From an uncultured Candidatus Saccharibacteria bacterium (GTDB taxonomy: Bacteria > Patescibacteriota > Minisyncoccia > Phycocordibacterales > Phycocordibacteraceae), in contig CAZWLE010000002.1 of NCBI GenBank assembly GCA_964634305.1, positions 921 through 64,920 on the forward strand: a stretch of 64,000 nucleotides of DNA. The letters run 5' to 3'. The translations under genes and the position numbers were made by a program. Positions 9,672 to 19,701 of the stretch are shown here, piece after piece. The notes beneath the pieces were generated by a model that was not told the origin of the DNA, did no database searches, and saw only the letters and a program-made list of their open reading frames with translations. Numbering within the stretch: position 1 is the first letter of the stretch; each line of letters starts with the position of its first letter.

Positions 9672-10538
9672 CCCGCGACTTTCAATAATTGAGTGCTCAG
9701 CAGCACCGAGAATCTGTACAATGTCGCGTCCAAGCGTTACGTCGCTGTAAGGGCGGGTCCTATATTCGACTGTCTCGAGGAACGCACGTAGTTCTAGCGT
9801 GAGTGGCCACTCTGTAGCAAAGGGAAGGGACTCACTGCTGCCTTCCTTAGTGATGCGGGTGAGAGTCTTTGCTACATCGTCGTAGGTAAGTGACCCTTCC
9901 GTACCAATCACCTGAAAGATTCGTTTCTTTTCCGGTCCAATCCAGTCGCTCCGAATGGTGCCGTGTACATCATGGTTGAACATAAGTTCGAGTAACCCGC
10001 GGTCGTAGATGGTGCTCTCTGGTCGCGATAGTGCTTCTCCTTCTGCGCGAACCTCAAGTGGGAAGCCGGCGATATCAAGCATCATGGATAGGTCGTGCGG
10101 TGCTGAGTCCCAGAGCGTTGAATAGTCAGTACGTACCGGCCCTTCGTGTGATTCAGTGCCTTGCAAAGATATGAGCGTCCCTATTGAGGGAAGGGCGTCT
10201 TTAAGCGCGCGGAACGCAGGATTGTAGAGATGAACGTGCCCAACCATTACCGGTACGCCGGTCTTCTCTGAGGCGGCTACCAGGGCGTTCGCTTCCTCAA
10301 ACGAAAGCGTCATCGGCTTTTCTATGAATACCGGAATACCCTTCTCTATGAATGCGAGTGCTATCTCTGCATGTGTGGAAGGTGGAGTAGCAATGATAAC
10401 GCCGTCGATATCATCGTTCTCAAGTAACATTCGCCACTCGTGTGTTGCTTCATGCGCGAGCTCGCACGGAAGCGTCGCAAGTGTGGCGCGTATCTTTTGT
10501 CCCCATCTTCCAGCTCCGATGAGTGCGAGACGGGGCAT
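9660..10538 (-). CDS. Gfo/Idh/MocA family oxidoreductase
   Basis: LIGAGRWG, IATPPSTH, FIEKP, VGH..LYNP, DSAPHD. Confidence 0.9.
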   Translation of the reverse strand: MPRLALIGAGRWGQKIRATLATLPCELAHEATHEWRMLLENDDIDGVIIATPPSTHAEIALAFIEKGIPVFIEKPMTLSFEEANALVAASEKTGVPVMVGHVHLYNPAFRALKDALPSIGTLISLQGTESHEGPVRTDYSTLWDSAPHDLSMMLDIAGFPLEVRAEGEALSRPESTIYDRGLLELMFNHDVHGTIRSDWIGPEKKRIFQVIGTEGSLTYDDVAKTLTRITKEGSSESLPFATEWPLTLELRAFLETVEYRTRPYSDVTLGRDIVQILGAAEHSIIESRGLRL

Positions 10539-10541
10539 AGG

Positions 10542-11612
10542 TTATGTTGTGGTGTAACGCTCGTCGGTTTTTGCCCAATCGATGAAGCGACGTATGCCGT
10601 CCTCAAGAGATACTTCTGACGCGTATCCAAGATGCTCGCGTGCTTTGCTCAAATCTGGGCAGCGGCGCTGTGGTTCTCCTGCAGGGTAGGTATCTGGATA
10701 CGGAATGAGCGCATATGAAGCGCCACCGCCTTCAATGTCTGCAAAAAGCTTAGCGAGGTCCTTCATCGCTATCTCGTTATCTGCATTTCCAATGTTGTAC
10801 GCCTCTCCTGGCTTACCGGAGACCAAGACCTTAAGGAATCCAGTCATGGCATCAGTGATGTAGCAGAACGTGCGGGTCTGCACGCCGTCGCCGTGCACCG
10901 GAATGGTCTGCTTGTTAAGTGCTTGGTAGGCAAACATAGGAAGCACGCGTCGGTCTGCGTGTCCCATACCTGGTCCAAAGACATTGAACGGACGAACAAT
11001 TTTTGTTGGGACACCAAAACGTTCGTTGTAGATAGTCGCAATAGTTTCGCCAAGACGCTTCGATTCGTCGTAGCAGGCGCGTGGTCCTACTGATGACACA
11101 TAGCCGTGATACGTCTCTGGAGTGGGGACCGCAGAAGGGTCTGGATCTCCATAAATCTCACTCGAACTAAAGAAGAGAAAACCCTCAAGTTCCTTTTGCT
11201 TGCGTGCCAGTTCAAGAAGATTCTCGATGCCGCTAATAGCACTCTTGATGGTCTCCATTGGAAACTGTTTGTAATAGACCGGAGAAGCAAGACCTGCCGC
11301 GTGAATGATGTAGTGGATGTCTTCTCGAATAGGAAGAGGATGAGACACATCGCCCCATACCTCCATGATGTCAGCACGACCCTTATGATCGAAATGGGGA
11401 TGCGCCGAGCCGGTGATGAAGTTATCAACCGAGATTACCTTGGCAGGAGTCGTGAATACATGGTCATTGAGGTGGGCAATGGTGCCGATAATGTATTTAC
11501 CGAGGAAACCTGAGCCTCCAGATACGAGTATCGTTTTGCCCTCGAGCTTTTTGGCATCAGCGCCAAGCCCCTTCGCGATAGCCGCGATGTCTTCTTTTAC
11601 GATTGCCGACAT
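10542..11612 (-). CDS. UDP-glucuronate decarboxylase-like NAD-dependent SDR
   Basis: SGGSGFLG, DNFITG, HAAGLASP, SSSEIYGDP, GPRACYDESKR, RPFNVFGP, GDGVQTRTFCY, PQRRCPD. Confidence 0.82.
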   Translation of the reverse strand: MSAIVKEDIAAIAKGLGADAKKLEGKTILVSGGSGFLGKYIIGTIAHLNDHVFTTPAKVISVDNFITGSAHPHFDHKGRADIMEVWGDVSHPLPIREDIHYIIHAAGLASPVYYKQFPMETIKSAISGIENLLELARKQKELEGFLFFSSSEIYGDPDPSAVPTPETYHGYVSSVGPRACYDESKRLGETIATIYNERFGVPTKIVRPFNVFGPGMGHADRRVLPMFAYQALNKQTIPVHGDGVQTRTFCYITDAMTGFLKVLVSGKPGEAYNIGNADNEIAMKDLAKLFADIEGGGASYALIPYPDTYPAGEPQRRCPDLSKAREHLGYASEVSLEDGIRRFIDWAKTDERYTTT

Positions 11613-11651
11613 GATAGGGGGATAGTAACAGAAACCCCCGCAGAGCGATAC

Positions 11652-12830
11652 TTACACCTCGCGTGGAGGAATGGGGATGAGATACCGATATGCGTTACCG
11701 GTTTTCTGTTTTATATCCTCAATATATTCGTAGGCGAATACCACCAAAAGGTCTGGCTTCTCAGCGTCGAGATGTTCTTTAGGGACGATAGGGATGTGCT
11801 TACCGGGACTCGTGCGTCCTTGTTTCAAGGGACTGTCATCGACGATGAATGGAATGAGGTCTATGCCAATGTCACCGAAGTTCGTAATGGTCGCAACACG
11901 AGCAGGAGAGCTGTAACCCGCTACCTTCACTCCCTCTGCCTTGTATGCTTCGAGCTTTTTCTTGAAGTCAGTAACATATTGCGTCGATGTCTCACAGAAT
12001 TCGATGAGTTTTGGAAGGGTGAGGGTCTCTGCTTCTTCTTTAAGCATTGTGGCGACGGCAATCGATTGTGCGGCAGAGGCGCTTTCTTTTTGAATGTAGA
12101 CCTGCAAAGAACCACCATGGGGTTCGATGTGCTTCACGTCAGTAATCTTCATGCCGTGACTCTTGAAGAGGTCGCGCAAAGATGTGAGTGAATAGTAGAA
12201 GGGCCGATCAAAGTAGAACCGTTCAAACTGAACTTTCTGCACAATGTCAGCGAGATACTCGACTTCGATAATGAAGACGCCTTCGTCAGTGATGAGATTT
12301 TTAACGTCCTCAATCACCTGATGTGGGTCTTCAAGATGCGTGAATACCGATGAGCAGATTATCGCGTCAGACTTTCCATACTTCTCAGTAATCTCTGTAA
12401 CACTCTCGGCATTGAAAAACGAGGTGATGGTTTCTAGCCCTTCGTCGTTAGCAAGCTTCGAAACGTTAATAGATGGTTCGACACCTACCGCTTGTACTCC
12501 TAGCTTCTTGAGTGGACGTAGCAAGATACCGTCATTTGAACCAATGTCGACCACCAATGCTGCATCTTTGAGTGTTTCCGCGAGTGCATCAAAGTGACGT
12601 ACGAGGCCAGGATTTACCGAAGAGAGATAGTAGTAGTCCTCGAACATCTCTTCGCGCGATATGAGTTCACCAAGCTGCACATTTTTGCAGGTCGTACAAA
12701 AAAACACCTGCATAGGATAGAACTTTTCTGCAGCAATCTGTTCGGGCTTTGGATACTTGTTAGCGAGGGGTTGCTGGCCGAGGCTGAAAAACTCTACTGC
12801 GGTATCGTTGTGGCAAAGACGGCATTCCAT
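11652..12830 (-). CDS. NDP-sugar C-methyltransferase (TylCIII/EryBIII/NovU-like)
   Basis: N-terminal CRLC...CTTC zinc motif, QPLAN, DIGSNDG, HGGSL, DDSPLKQGR.SPG.HIPI. Confidence 0.88.
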   Translation of the reverse strand: MECRLCHNDTAVEFFSLGQQPLANKYPKPEQIAAEKFYPMQVFFCTTCKNVQLGELISREEMFEDYYYLSSVNPGLVRHFDALAETLKDAALVVDIGSNDGILLRPLKKLGVQAVGVEPSINVSKLANDEGLETITSFFNAESVTEITEKYGKSDAIICSSVFTHLEDPHQVIEDVKNLITDEGVFIIEVEYLADIVQKVQFERFYFDRPFYYSLTSLRDLFKSHGMKITDVKHIEPHGGSLQVYIQKESASAAQSIAVATMLKEEAETLTLPKLIEFCETSTQYVTDFKKKLEAYKAEGVKVAGYSSPARVATITNFGDIGIDLIPFIVDDSPLKQGRTSPGKHIPIVPKEHLDAEKPDLLVVFAYEYIEDIKQKTGNAYRYLIPIPPREV

Positions 12831-12895
12831 ATGCGTCGAAGTCTATCCCGCGCTGCCTTTTAATAAAAGCGCCCTAATAAGGTAGGCTCTAGGGG

Positions 12896-14113
12896 ATGAA
12901 GAAGGTGCTCATCCTCTCCCTCAACTATTACCCTCGCTTTATAGGTGGGGCAGAGGTGGCTATAAAAGAGATAACCGACCGTATATCGCCGGAGGACATC
13001 GAGTTCCATATGGTGACCTTGCGGTTTGATGCGTCGCTTCCTGAGGTAGAGCAAATAGGGAATGTATTGGTACACCGTATTGGATTGACTCGTCAGAATC
13101 CCTCCATAGCTGACCTTCGTCGCTACCCGCTTCACCTAAATAAATACCTATTCCAGTTTATGGCAGCAGGGAAAGCCCATGCGCTCCACAAACAGCATCG
13201 ATACGACGCTATATGGGGCATGATGGCGCACGCAAGTGCTATTCCTGCTGGTCTGTTTAAAAAACAGCATCCCGACGTGCGCTACCTCCTTACGCTTCAG
13301 GAAGGTGACCCGCCAGAACACATTGAGCGTCTCATGCGACCAGTGTTTGGTCTTTTTAAACAAGGGTTTCGTAGTGCTGATGCCATGCAAACGATTTCTA
13401 CTTTTCTTCTCGCATGGGGTCGTCGTATGGGTTTTGAAGGACATGGCGAAGTGGTGCCAAATGGTGTCGACAGTAAACGATTCTCTACCGTACATGCACC
13501 CGAAGACATAGCACGGATGCAGCAGTCGCTTGGAAAGAAGGAGGGGGACGTATATATCGTGACGACCTCACGTCTGGTGCATAAGAACGGACTCGATGAT
13601 GTCATACGGGCGCTACCGCTCCTACCGGACACGGTGTCCTTTCTTATATATGGTATTGGTCCGGAAGAAGAAGCGTTGAAGCGCCTAGCAACCGCGCAGG
13701 GCGTCATGCATCGTGTTCGTTTTATGGGCACGATTACGCATGAAGATATGCCACGCATGCTTGCGGCATGTGACATTTTTGCTCGACCATCGCGCTCGGA
13801 GGGTATGGGTAACTCATTTGTTGAAGCCATGGCTGCCAGTATCCCCGTTATTGCAACGCAAGAGGGAGGATTGTCTGACTTTATTTTTGACAAAGAACGT
13901 AATCCACATAAGCCTGCGACGGCATGGGCGGTTGATAAAGATGCGCCCGAGCAAATAGCCACAGCAGTGAAGGCGATACTTGCGGACCCCTCTGCTACGC
14001 ATAAAACGGTCGCAACGGCCAAGGCACTTGCACTCTCCGAGTACGATTGGAATCTCGTTGCTACTAAGATGAAGGCAATATTCAGTCGTCTGTTTAAGGG
14101 CGGTAATATATAG
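12896..14113 (+). CDS. Glycosyltransferase family 4
   Basis: GGAE, VPNGVD, SRLVHKNG, PSRSEGMGNSFVEAMA. Confidence 0.92.
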   Translation: MKKVLILSLNYYPRFIGGAEVAIKEITDRISPEDIEFHMVTLRFDASLPEVEQIGNVLVHRIGLTRQNPSIADLRRYPLHLNKYLFQFMAAGKAHALHKQHRYDAIWGMMAHASAIPAGLFKKQHPDVRYLLTLQEGDPPEHIERLMRPVFGLFKQGFRSADAMQTISTFLLAWGRRMGFEGHGEVVPNGVDSKRFSTVHAPEDIARMQQSLGKKEGDVYIVTTSRLVHKNGLDDVIRALPLLPDTVSFLIYGIGPEEEALKRLATAQGVMHRVRFMGTITHEDMPRMLAACDIFARPSRSEGMGNSFVEAMAASIPVIATQEGGLSDFIFDKERNPHKPATAWAVDKDAPEQIATAVKAILADPSATHKTVATAKALALSEYDWNLVATKMKAIFSRLFKGGNI

Positions 14114-14116
14114 ACG

Positions 14117-15133
14117 ATGAAGTTGGTCATTGCGACACCGTTGTATCCTCCGGAACCGGGAGGCCCTGCAACGTACGTAAAACTTCTAGAAGAAGGATTA
14201 CCTTTGCGCGGTATTGAGGTGACCGTCGTTAAATTCTCCGATGTGCGTCGCTTCCCGAAAGTGTTTCGTCACATCGCATATCAAGGGAAGGTGACGAAGG
14301 CGCTCAAAGACGCCGATGCGGTGCTTGCACTTGATCCAGCATCTGTTGGCTATCCGGTAATGCTTGCTGCAAAGAAAGCGAAGAAACCCTTTTTTGTAAA
14401 AGTGGTAGGTGACTATGCGTGGGAACAGGGAACACAGCGGTTTGGCGTGACGCTCCCTCTCGATGAGTTTGTGAAAACAAATGACATACCGTTCCCGGTC
14501 AGTATGTTGCGAAAGATGCAGACGCTCGTCGCACGTGAGGCAAAGCGCGTCATTGTACCGAGTGACTATTTAAAGGACATCGTTACGGCATGGGGTATCT
14601 CGACAGAGAATATTGATGTCATCAATAACGCCATAGAGATTCCAGATGCATTACCAACGATTCCGCGCACGAGCACTGAATTTCTTGTGGTGTCGGTTGG
14701 TCGCGATGTGCCGTGGAAGGGATTTGATGCGATTCGTCGCATTGGCGCACGACATGTCGAAGATGGGTGGCGCGTAGAAATTATTTCCGACAAGACGCGC
14801 GATGAGGCGCTGGGGTGGATGAAGGCGGCTGACGTGTTCGTACTCAATTCTCGCTACGAAGGCTTCCCTCATACGTTGGTGGAAGCGATGACTATTGGAA
14901 CGCCTGTTATCGCTGCGGATAATCGGGGGAATGCCGCTCTCATAGAAAAAGGGAAAACGGGACTGTTGGTTCCTCAGGATGATGACGATGCGCTTGAGCG
15001 TGCACTGTTGAACGTTCGCGGACATCGCGCAGACGCCATGATGCGCGCAAGCATTGCCCGCGAGCGGGCGGAGGTATATACCGTTCCTCGCATGCTTGAT
15101 GCGACTGCGGCGTTCCTAAAAACGCATGTATGA
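14117..15133 (+). CDS. Glycosyltransferase family 4
   Basis: YPPEPGGP, VGRDVPWKG, NSRYEGFPHTLVEAM. Confidence 0.9.
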   Translation: MKLVIATPLYPPEPGGPATYVKLLEEGLPLRGIEVTVVKFSDVRRFPKVFRHIAYQGKVTKALKDADAVLALDPASVGYPVMLAAKKAKKPFFVKVVGDYAWEQGTQRFGVTLPLDEFVKTNDIPFPVSMLRKMQTLVAREAKRVIVPSDYLKDIVTAWGISTENIDVINNAIEIPDALPTIPRTSTEFLVVSVGRDVPWKGFDAIRRIGARHVEDGWRVEIISDKTRDEALGWMKAADVFVLNSRYEGFPHTLVEAMTIGTPVIAADNRGNAALIEKGKTGLLVPQDDDDALERALLNVRGHRADAMMRASIARERAEVYTVPRMLDATAAFLKTHV

Positions 15134-16254
15134 AAGCGCTCTTTATAAGTAACGACCCTAGTGCTTTTAATGCGTCGAGCGCAACTCGTGCCCGTCTGCG
15201 CGCGTATGCTGCGGTGATAGGTGAACTACATTTCCTTTCGCGCGGCAAAGGGAATGAGGAGCAGGACGGCTCGCTTTTTTTGCATCCTCTCTCTGGCGGC
15301 AAGGTCTCTGCGTTACTCTCCATGAAAGGGAAGGCGCGGAAGATAATTACGGAATGTGGTATCGAGGTCGTCTCAGCCCAAGACCCCTTTGAGCATGGAT
15401 GGATAGCGATGCATGCCGTACGTGGTACGAACGCGAAATTGCATCTTCAAGTGCACACCGATTTTCTCTCACCGTGGTTTGTGCGCTCAGGCATCTTCCG
15501 CTCCATGAAGATAAGTGTGCCACTCCTTAACCGTGTTCGATTGCATATTGCTGATGCTGTCGTGCCGCACGCGCACGGCATTCGTGTAGTCTCAGAGCGT
15601 ATTAAAGCGTCGCTGGTAGCAAAGTACCCAACGGCACCGATGCCGTCAGTGATTCCTGTATATGTAGAACCTACGGCGCCAGAACCAGTACCGTTTCCAG
15701 AACACGCCTTTTCATTCACCTTTGTCACAAGCGGAAGACTCGAGCCTGAAAAACGTATCGAGGACATCTTAATGGCACTCGGTCTTATTCAGCAGCACTA
15801 TCCGTCAGTAGGACTCGTTGTGATTGGTGATGGGAGCGAACGAGCGAAACTCGAGACGCTTGCGAAGAAACTCGGTCTCTCTGCTCGCGTCATGTTTATG
15901 GGTGAGCAAGGTATGAAGGCGTGGGCGTTCATCGGTAGTGCGCATGCGTACATACAAGCGAGTGCCTATGAAGGATACGGACGCACGCTCATTGAAGCAG
16001 CGCTCGCACGCGTACCTATAATTACGACCGACGTAGGTATCGTCGGGGAAGTGCTAAAAGGCTTTGAGCATGTGCTCGCAACCCCTCCTGCAGATGCTAA
16101 AAACCTCTCGGTACATATGGCAAGCCTCGTTGCCGACCAACAACTCCGTCGTTCACTGGTTCTAAACGCTGAAGCAGCAGTACGCGCTCATTTAGCAGCA
16201 TTTACTGACCAGCCACGATTAGTCGCCGAAGACCTTGCGAAAGCGGTACAATAG
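15130..16254 (+). CDS. Glycosyltransferase family 4
   Basis: GRLEPEK, IGDGSER, SAYEGYGRTLIEAA, TTDVG. Confidence 0.9.
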   Translation: MKALFISNDPSAFNASSATRARLRAYAAVIGELHFLSRGKGNEEQDGSLFLHPLSGGKVSALLSMKGKARKIITECGIEVVSAQDPFEHGWIAMHAVRGTNAKLHLQVHTDFLSPWFVRSGIFRSMKISVPLLNRVRLHIADAVVPHAHGIRVVSERIKASLVAKYPTAPMPSVIPVYVEPTAPEPVPFPEHAFSFTFVTSGRLEPEKRIEDILMALGLIQQHYPSVGLVVIGDGSERAKLETLAKKLGLSARVMFMGEQGMKAWAFIGSAHAYIQASAYEGYGRTLIEAALARVPIITTDVGIVGEVLKGFEHVLATPPADAKNLSVHMASLVADQQLRRSLVLNAEAAVRAHLAAFTDQPRLVAEDLAKAVQ

Positions 16255-16272
16255 AGGTACTACGGCATCTAC

Positions 16273-17238
16273 ATGAGAAACGTCGTGACCATAGGGGGCG
16301 GCACGGGCACCTTTGTCGTGCTCTCCGCCCTCCGTCGTATCCCAGGGCTCTCGCTTACTGCAATCGTCTCGTCCGCAGACGATGGAGGGTCTACGGGGCG
16401 TCTTCGTGATGCCTATGGTTTCTTGCCGCTTGGTGATGCACGCCAGGCGTTGGTGGCACTTGCGGAGGACGGTCAGGTCCTCCGTGACCTCTTTGCGTAC
16501 CGTTTTGCAAAGGGAGACATCCAAGGTCATAACCTCGGCAATCTCTTTCTTACAGCTCTTACCGACCTTCTTGGTTCGGATACGGCAGCACTTGAAGAAG
16601 CGTCAAAAATTCTACGTGTCTCGGGTCGGGTGATTCCTGCATCAGAAAAAGCAGGAACGCTCGTTGCCACATTTGCTGATGGCACTGAACTTGAAGGAGA
16701 ACATCATCTTGATGAGGTGGAGCCAGAGCGTGCACGCATTACCGCCCTTCGTCTCAAAGAATCGGTTGCTGCATCGACGGGTGCGCTACAAGCGCTTACA
16801 GAAGCCGATGTCATCATCATTGGTCCTGGTGACCTCTATGCTTCATCAATTGCGCCGCTCTTGCCAGAAGGCATGAAGGAGGCAGTCGCAACCTCAAAAG
16901 CGAAACTGGTATATATCGCAAACCTGTTCACTAAATCAGGTCAAACCGGTGGCATGACAGCCTCAGAGCATGTTGCTGAACTTACCCGGTACGTGGGTCG
17001 TGAAGCTGATTGTATTCTCTTTCATACAAACGGTGGTTTTGGTGCAGACGTTCTCGAGCTCTATGGGAAAGAGGGGGAAGAACCGATAGTTGATGATTTT
17101 GGTGATGACCTGCGTGTTACACGTACGTCAATAGCGTCGGTGCATATGGTACCTCCAGTCCCCGGTGACCCGGTGCCTCGCTCGCTTGCACGCCATGACC
17201 CTGAAAAGCTGGCCGCTGCGCTCACTACTTTGCTATGA
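16273..17238 (+). CDS. yvcK: YvcK/GlmR (CofD-related) UDP-GlcNAc-binding protein
   Basis: VVTIGGGTG, ADDGGSTGRLR, LGD.RQ, GHNLGNL, IGPGDLY.SI, RHDPEKLA. Confidence 0.88.
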   Translation: MRNVVTIGGGTGTFVVLSALRRIPGLSLTAIVSSADDGGSTGRLRDAYGFLPLGDARQALVALAEDGQVLRDLFAYRFAKGDIQGHNLGNLFLTALTDLLGSDTAALEEASKILRVSGRVIPASEKAGTLVATFADGTELEGEHHLDEVEPERARITALRLKESVAASTGALQALTEADVIIIGPGDLYASSIAPLLPEGMKEAVATSKAKLVYIANLFTKSGQTGGMTASEHVAELTRYVGREADCILFHTNGGFGADVLELYGKEGEEPIVDDFGDDLRVTRTSIASVHMVPPVPGDPVPRSLARHDPEKLAAALTTLL

Positions 17239-18101
17239 AGCGCATCGGATTCATTGGTCAAGGATGGATAGGAAAGCACTACGCTGATGATTTTGAGCGT
17301 CGCGGCTACGATGTTACGCGCTATGCGCTCGAAGAACCATATGCAAAAAATAAGAATGCGATTAAAGAATGCGATATTGTTTTTGTCGCTGTTCCTACTC
17401 CTACCACTAAAGAAGGCTTTGATGCGTCAATTGTACGTTCAGTACTGCCTCTTATTGGAGAGGGGAAGATAGCGGTATTGAAATCAACATTATTGCCTGG
17501 TACCACTAACGCTCTACAAGAAGAATTCCCTGACGTTATCGTTCTTCACTCTCCAGAGTTTTTGCGTGAAGCAAATGCCGCATATGATGCTGCACATCCA
17601 ACGCGAAATCTCGTTGGTATCCCTGAAGACAACGAGCGGTACCAGACAGCTGCAAAAGAGGTGCTTGCCGTTCTTCCACTCGCACCGTTTTCTGAAGTAA
17701 TGTCTGCGACGACTGCTGAACTTGTTAAGTACGCGGGCAATGTTTTTCTTGCTATGAAAGTCGTGTACGCCAACATGCTCTACGATCTCTCAGCACAGCT
17801 TGGCGTGCCGTATCAAGAATTGCGCGAAGCGCTTGGAGCAGACCCACGCATAGGTACTTCACATCTTTCTCCCGTTGATGCGAGCGGACATACTGACCAA
17901 AAAGGACGGGGCGCAGGAGGACATTGCTTCATTAAAGATCTCGAAGCATTTCGTCGACTCTACGCGGCTGAGGGAGATGCGGAAGGTGCTGCATTACTTG
18001 CTGCGATTGTTCGAAAAAACAACAAACTCCTCATAGACTCGGGTAAAGACGTAGAGCTCTTGAAGGGCGTGTACGATACAGAAAATGAAGTACTTCCTTG
18101 A
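17235..18101 (+). CDS. UDP-glucose/GDP-mannose dehydrogenase family, short form
   Basis: IGQGWIG, VAVPTP, KST..PGT, SPEFLRE, AELVKY..N.FLA.K, DPRIG, GAGGHCFIKD; only 288 aa. Confidence 0.85.
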   Translation: MKRIGFIGQGWIGKHYADDFERRGYDVTRYALEEPYAKNKNAIKECDIVFVAVPTPTTKEGFDASIVRSVLPLIGEGKIAVLKSTLLPGTTNALQEEFPDVIVLHSPEFLREANAAYDAAHPTRNLVGIPEDNERYQTAAKEVLAVLPLAPFSEVMSATTAELVKYAGNVFLAMKVVYANMLYDLSAQLGVPYQELREALGADPRIGTSHLSPVDASGHTDQKGRGAGGHCFIKDLEAFRRLYAAEGDAEGAALLAAIVRKNNKLLIDSGKDVELLKGVYDTENEVLP

Positions 18102-18678
18102 TTTTGATAGAACTCTGTTTGATACCGACGCATTCAATGCATCCTTGCCGGACGAGCCAGGCTGCGCCGCGTTTAAGGATGATTTAGAACGAGTACTTGC
18201 ACAAGGTCGTGACGATACACTCGCACCACCAGAACAACGTGCAATCGTATGGGAACGGATAACTCAAGCACTCAATTCTGGGGAGCTTTCCTTTGCGCCA
18301 GGATATCTTGAGCGATTTGTATATCCTGACGTTGCTGCATTTTTCTCACGCATTGATGATGAGGCAATCGTTGTTACCTATGGCGAAGAAACCCGTCAGC
18401 GTGCAAAAATTGAGAGTGCTCTCGCCAATGTCACCTCAGTACCTGTCCTCTATACGGGGGAGTTACCAAAAGCGGAGTTTCTTGCGTCCTGGTCAGGATA
18501 TAGCGGCGAGGAAGCGTATTTTATTGATGACCGAACACCCGAGCTGGTTAGAATCTCTGAACGATTCCCTGCACTCACGCTATATCGTATGCAGCGCAAC
18601 GGTGCACGCACTACTATCGAAGAACAGGAGCAGGAAACACGCTGGACGGATATTCATTCACTTGCAGAGCTCTCATGA
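18085..18678 (+). CDS. HAD-superfamily hydrolase
   Basis: FLDFDRTLFDT motif I, VVTYG motif II, K motif III, FIDD motif IV. Confidence 0.75.
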   Translation: MKYFLDFDRTLFDTDAFNASLPDEPGCAAFKDDLERVLAQGRDDTLAPPEQRAIVWERITQALNSGELSFAPGYLERFVYPDVAAFFSRIDDEAIVVTYGEETRQRAKIESALANVTSVPVLYTGELPKAEFLASWSGYSGEEAYFIDDRTPELVRISERFPALTLYRMQRNGARTTIEEQEQETRWTDIHSLAELS

Positions 18679-19694
18679 GGTTACTTATAACCACGCAGAC
18701 GGTCGACATGCACAATCCAGGTCTTGGATTCTTTCATCATTGGCTTGAAGTATTTGCACCTCGCTTTGAATCCATTGAGGTAATCTGCCTGTCGGAAGGT
18801 ACGCACGCCCTGCCTGCGAATGTGCGAGTGCATAGCCTTGGCAAAGAAAAGGGAGGGAATCGATTCCAGTACATCACGCGCTTTCTGTCATTGGTATGGA
18901 AGCTACGTAACAACTACGACGCTGTGTTTGTTCATATGAATCCCGAGTATGTACTTCTCGCTGCTGATATATGGCTGCTGACACGAAAGAGAGTAGCTAT
19001 TTGGTACAACCATGAAGTTGGTTCTCTTGCGCTACGGCTTGCAGCTCCCGTTGCGTCAGTTATTTTTCACACCTCACCGTATGCATACACTGCTCGATAT
19101 AAGAAAGCAGTGCGTATGCCGGCAGGTATCGACACCACGCTTTTTAGTCCTGCTTCTGTTGTGCGCGACCCGTTTGGGGTGTATTTCCAAGGTCGCGTAT
19201 CAAAAGCGAAACGTGTCCATGTACTCCTTGCGGCGTTACGTAGATTACGTGACCGGGTACCAGCAAGTGTCACCGTTGTTGGGCCAGAAGATGCGTCATA
19301 TGTAACGCACTTGCGACACGAGTACAACGACCTTATTGATGCAGGTGCTCTCCGATTTCTGGGCCCTAAGAAAAACGAGGAGACACCAGCACTCTATAGT
19401 GCGCACGCAGTTGCCATTAATCTGACCGCTGACGGAAACTTCGATAAGACGGTACTCGAAGCTGCTGCATGTGAGACACCGGTCATTGTCTCCTCAAAAG
19501 CGTTTGAAGGAATCATCCCTTCTGACTGGACCGTGCCACATGACGAGATACCAGCACTCGTAGACACCCTTGAGCGATTCCTGTTGCTTACTGAAGAAGA
19601 ACGCAAGGCACTGGGAACCGCAGAGCGCACTGCAGTAATGGAGCAGCATAGTCTCACTGCACTAAGAGACGCGCTCGTAGCAAACCTCACCTAA
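18675..19694 (+). CDS. Glycosyltransferase family 4
   Basis: HSLGKE, GIDT..F, GRVSKAK, GNFDKTVLEAAAC. Confidence 0.88.
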   Translation: MRLLITTQTVDMHNPGLGFFHHWLEVFAPRFESIEVICLSEGTHALPANVRVHSLGKEKGGNRFQYITRFLSLVWKLRNNYDAVFVHMNPEYVLLAADIWLLTRKRVAIWYNHEVGSLALRLAAPVASVIFHTSPYAYTARYKKAVRMPAGIDTTLFSPASVVRDPFGVYFQGRVSKAKRVHVLLAALRRLRDRVPASVTVVGPEDASYVTHLRHEYNDLIDAGALRFLGPKKNEETPALYSAHAVAINLTADGNFDKTVLEAAACETPVIVSSKAFEGIIPSDWTVPHDEIPALVDTLERFLLLTEEERKALGTAERTAVMEQHSLTALRDALVANLT

Positions 19695-19701
19695 CCGTTC
19701 T

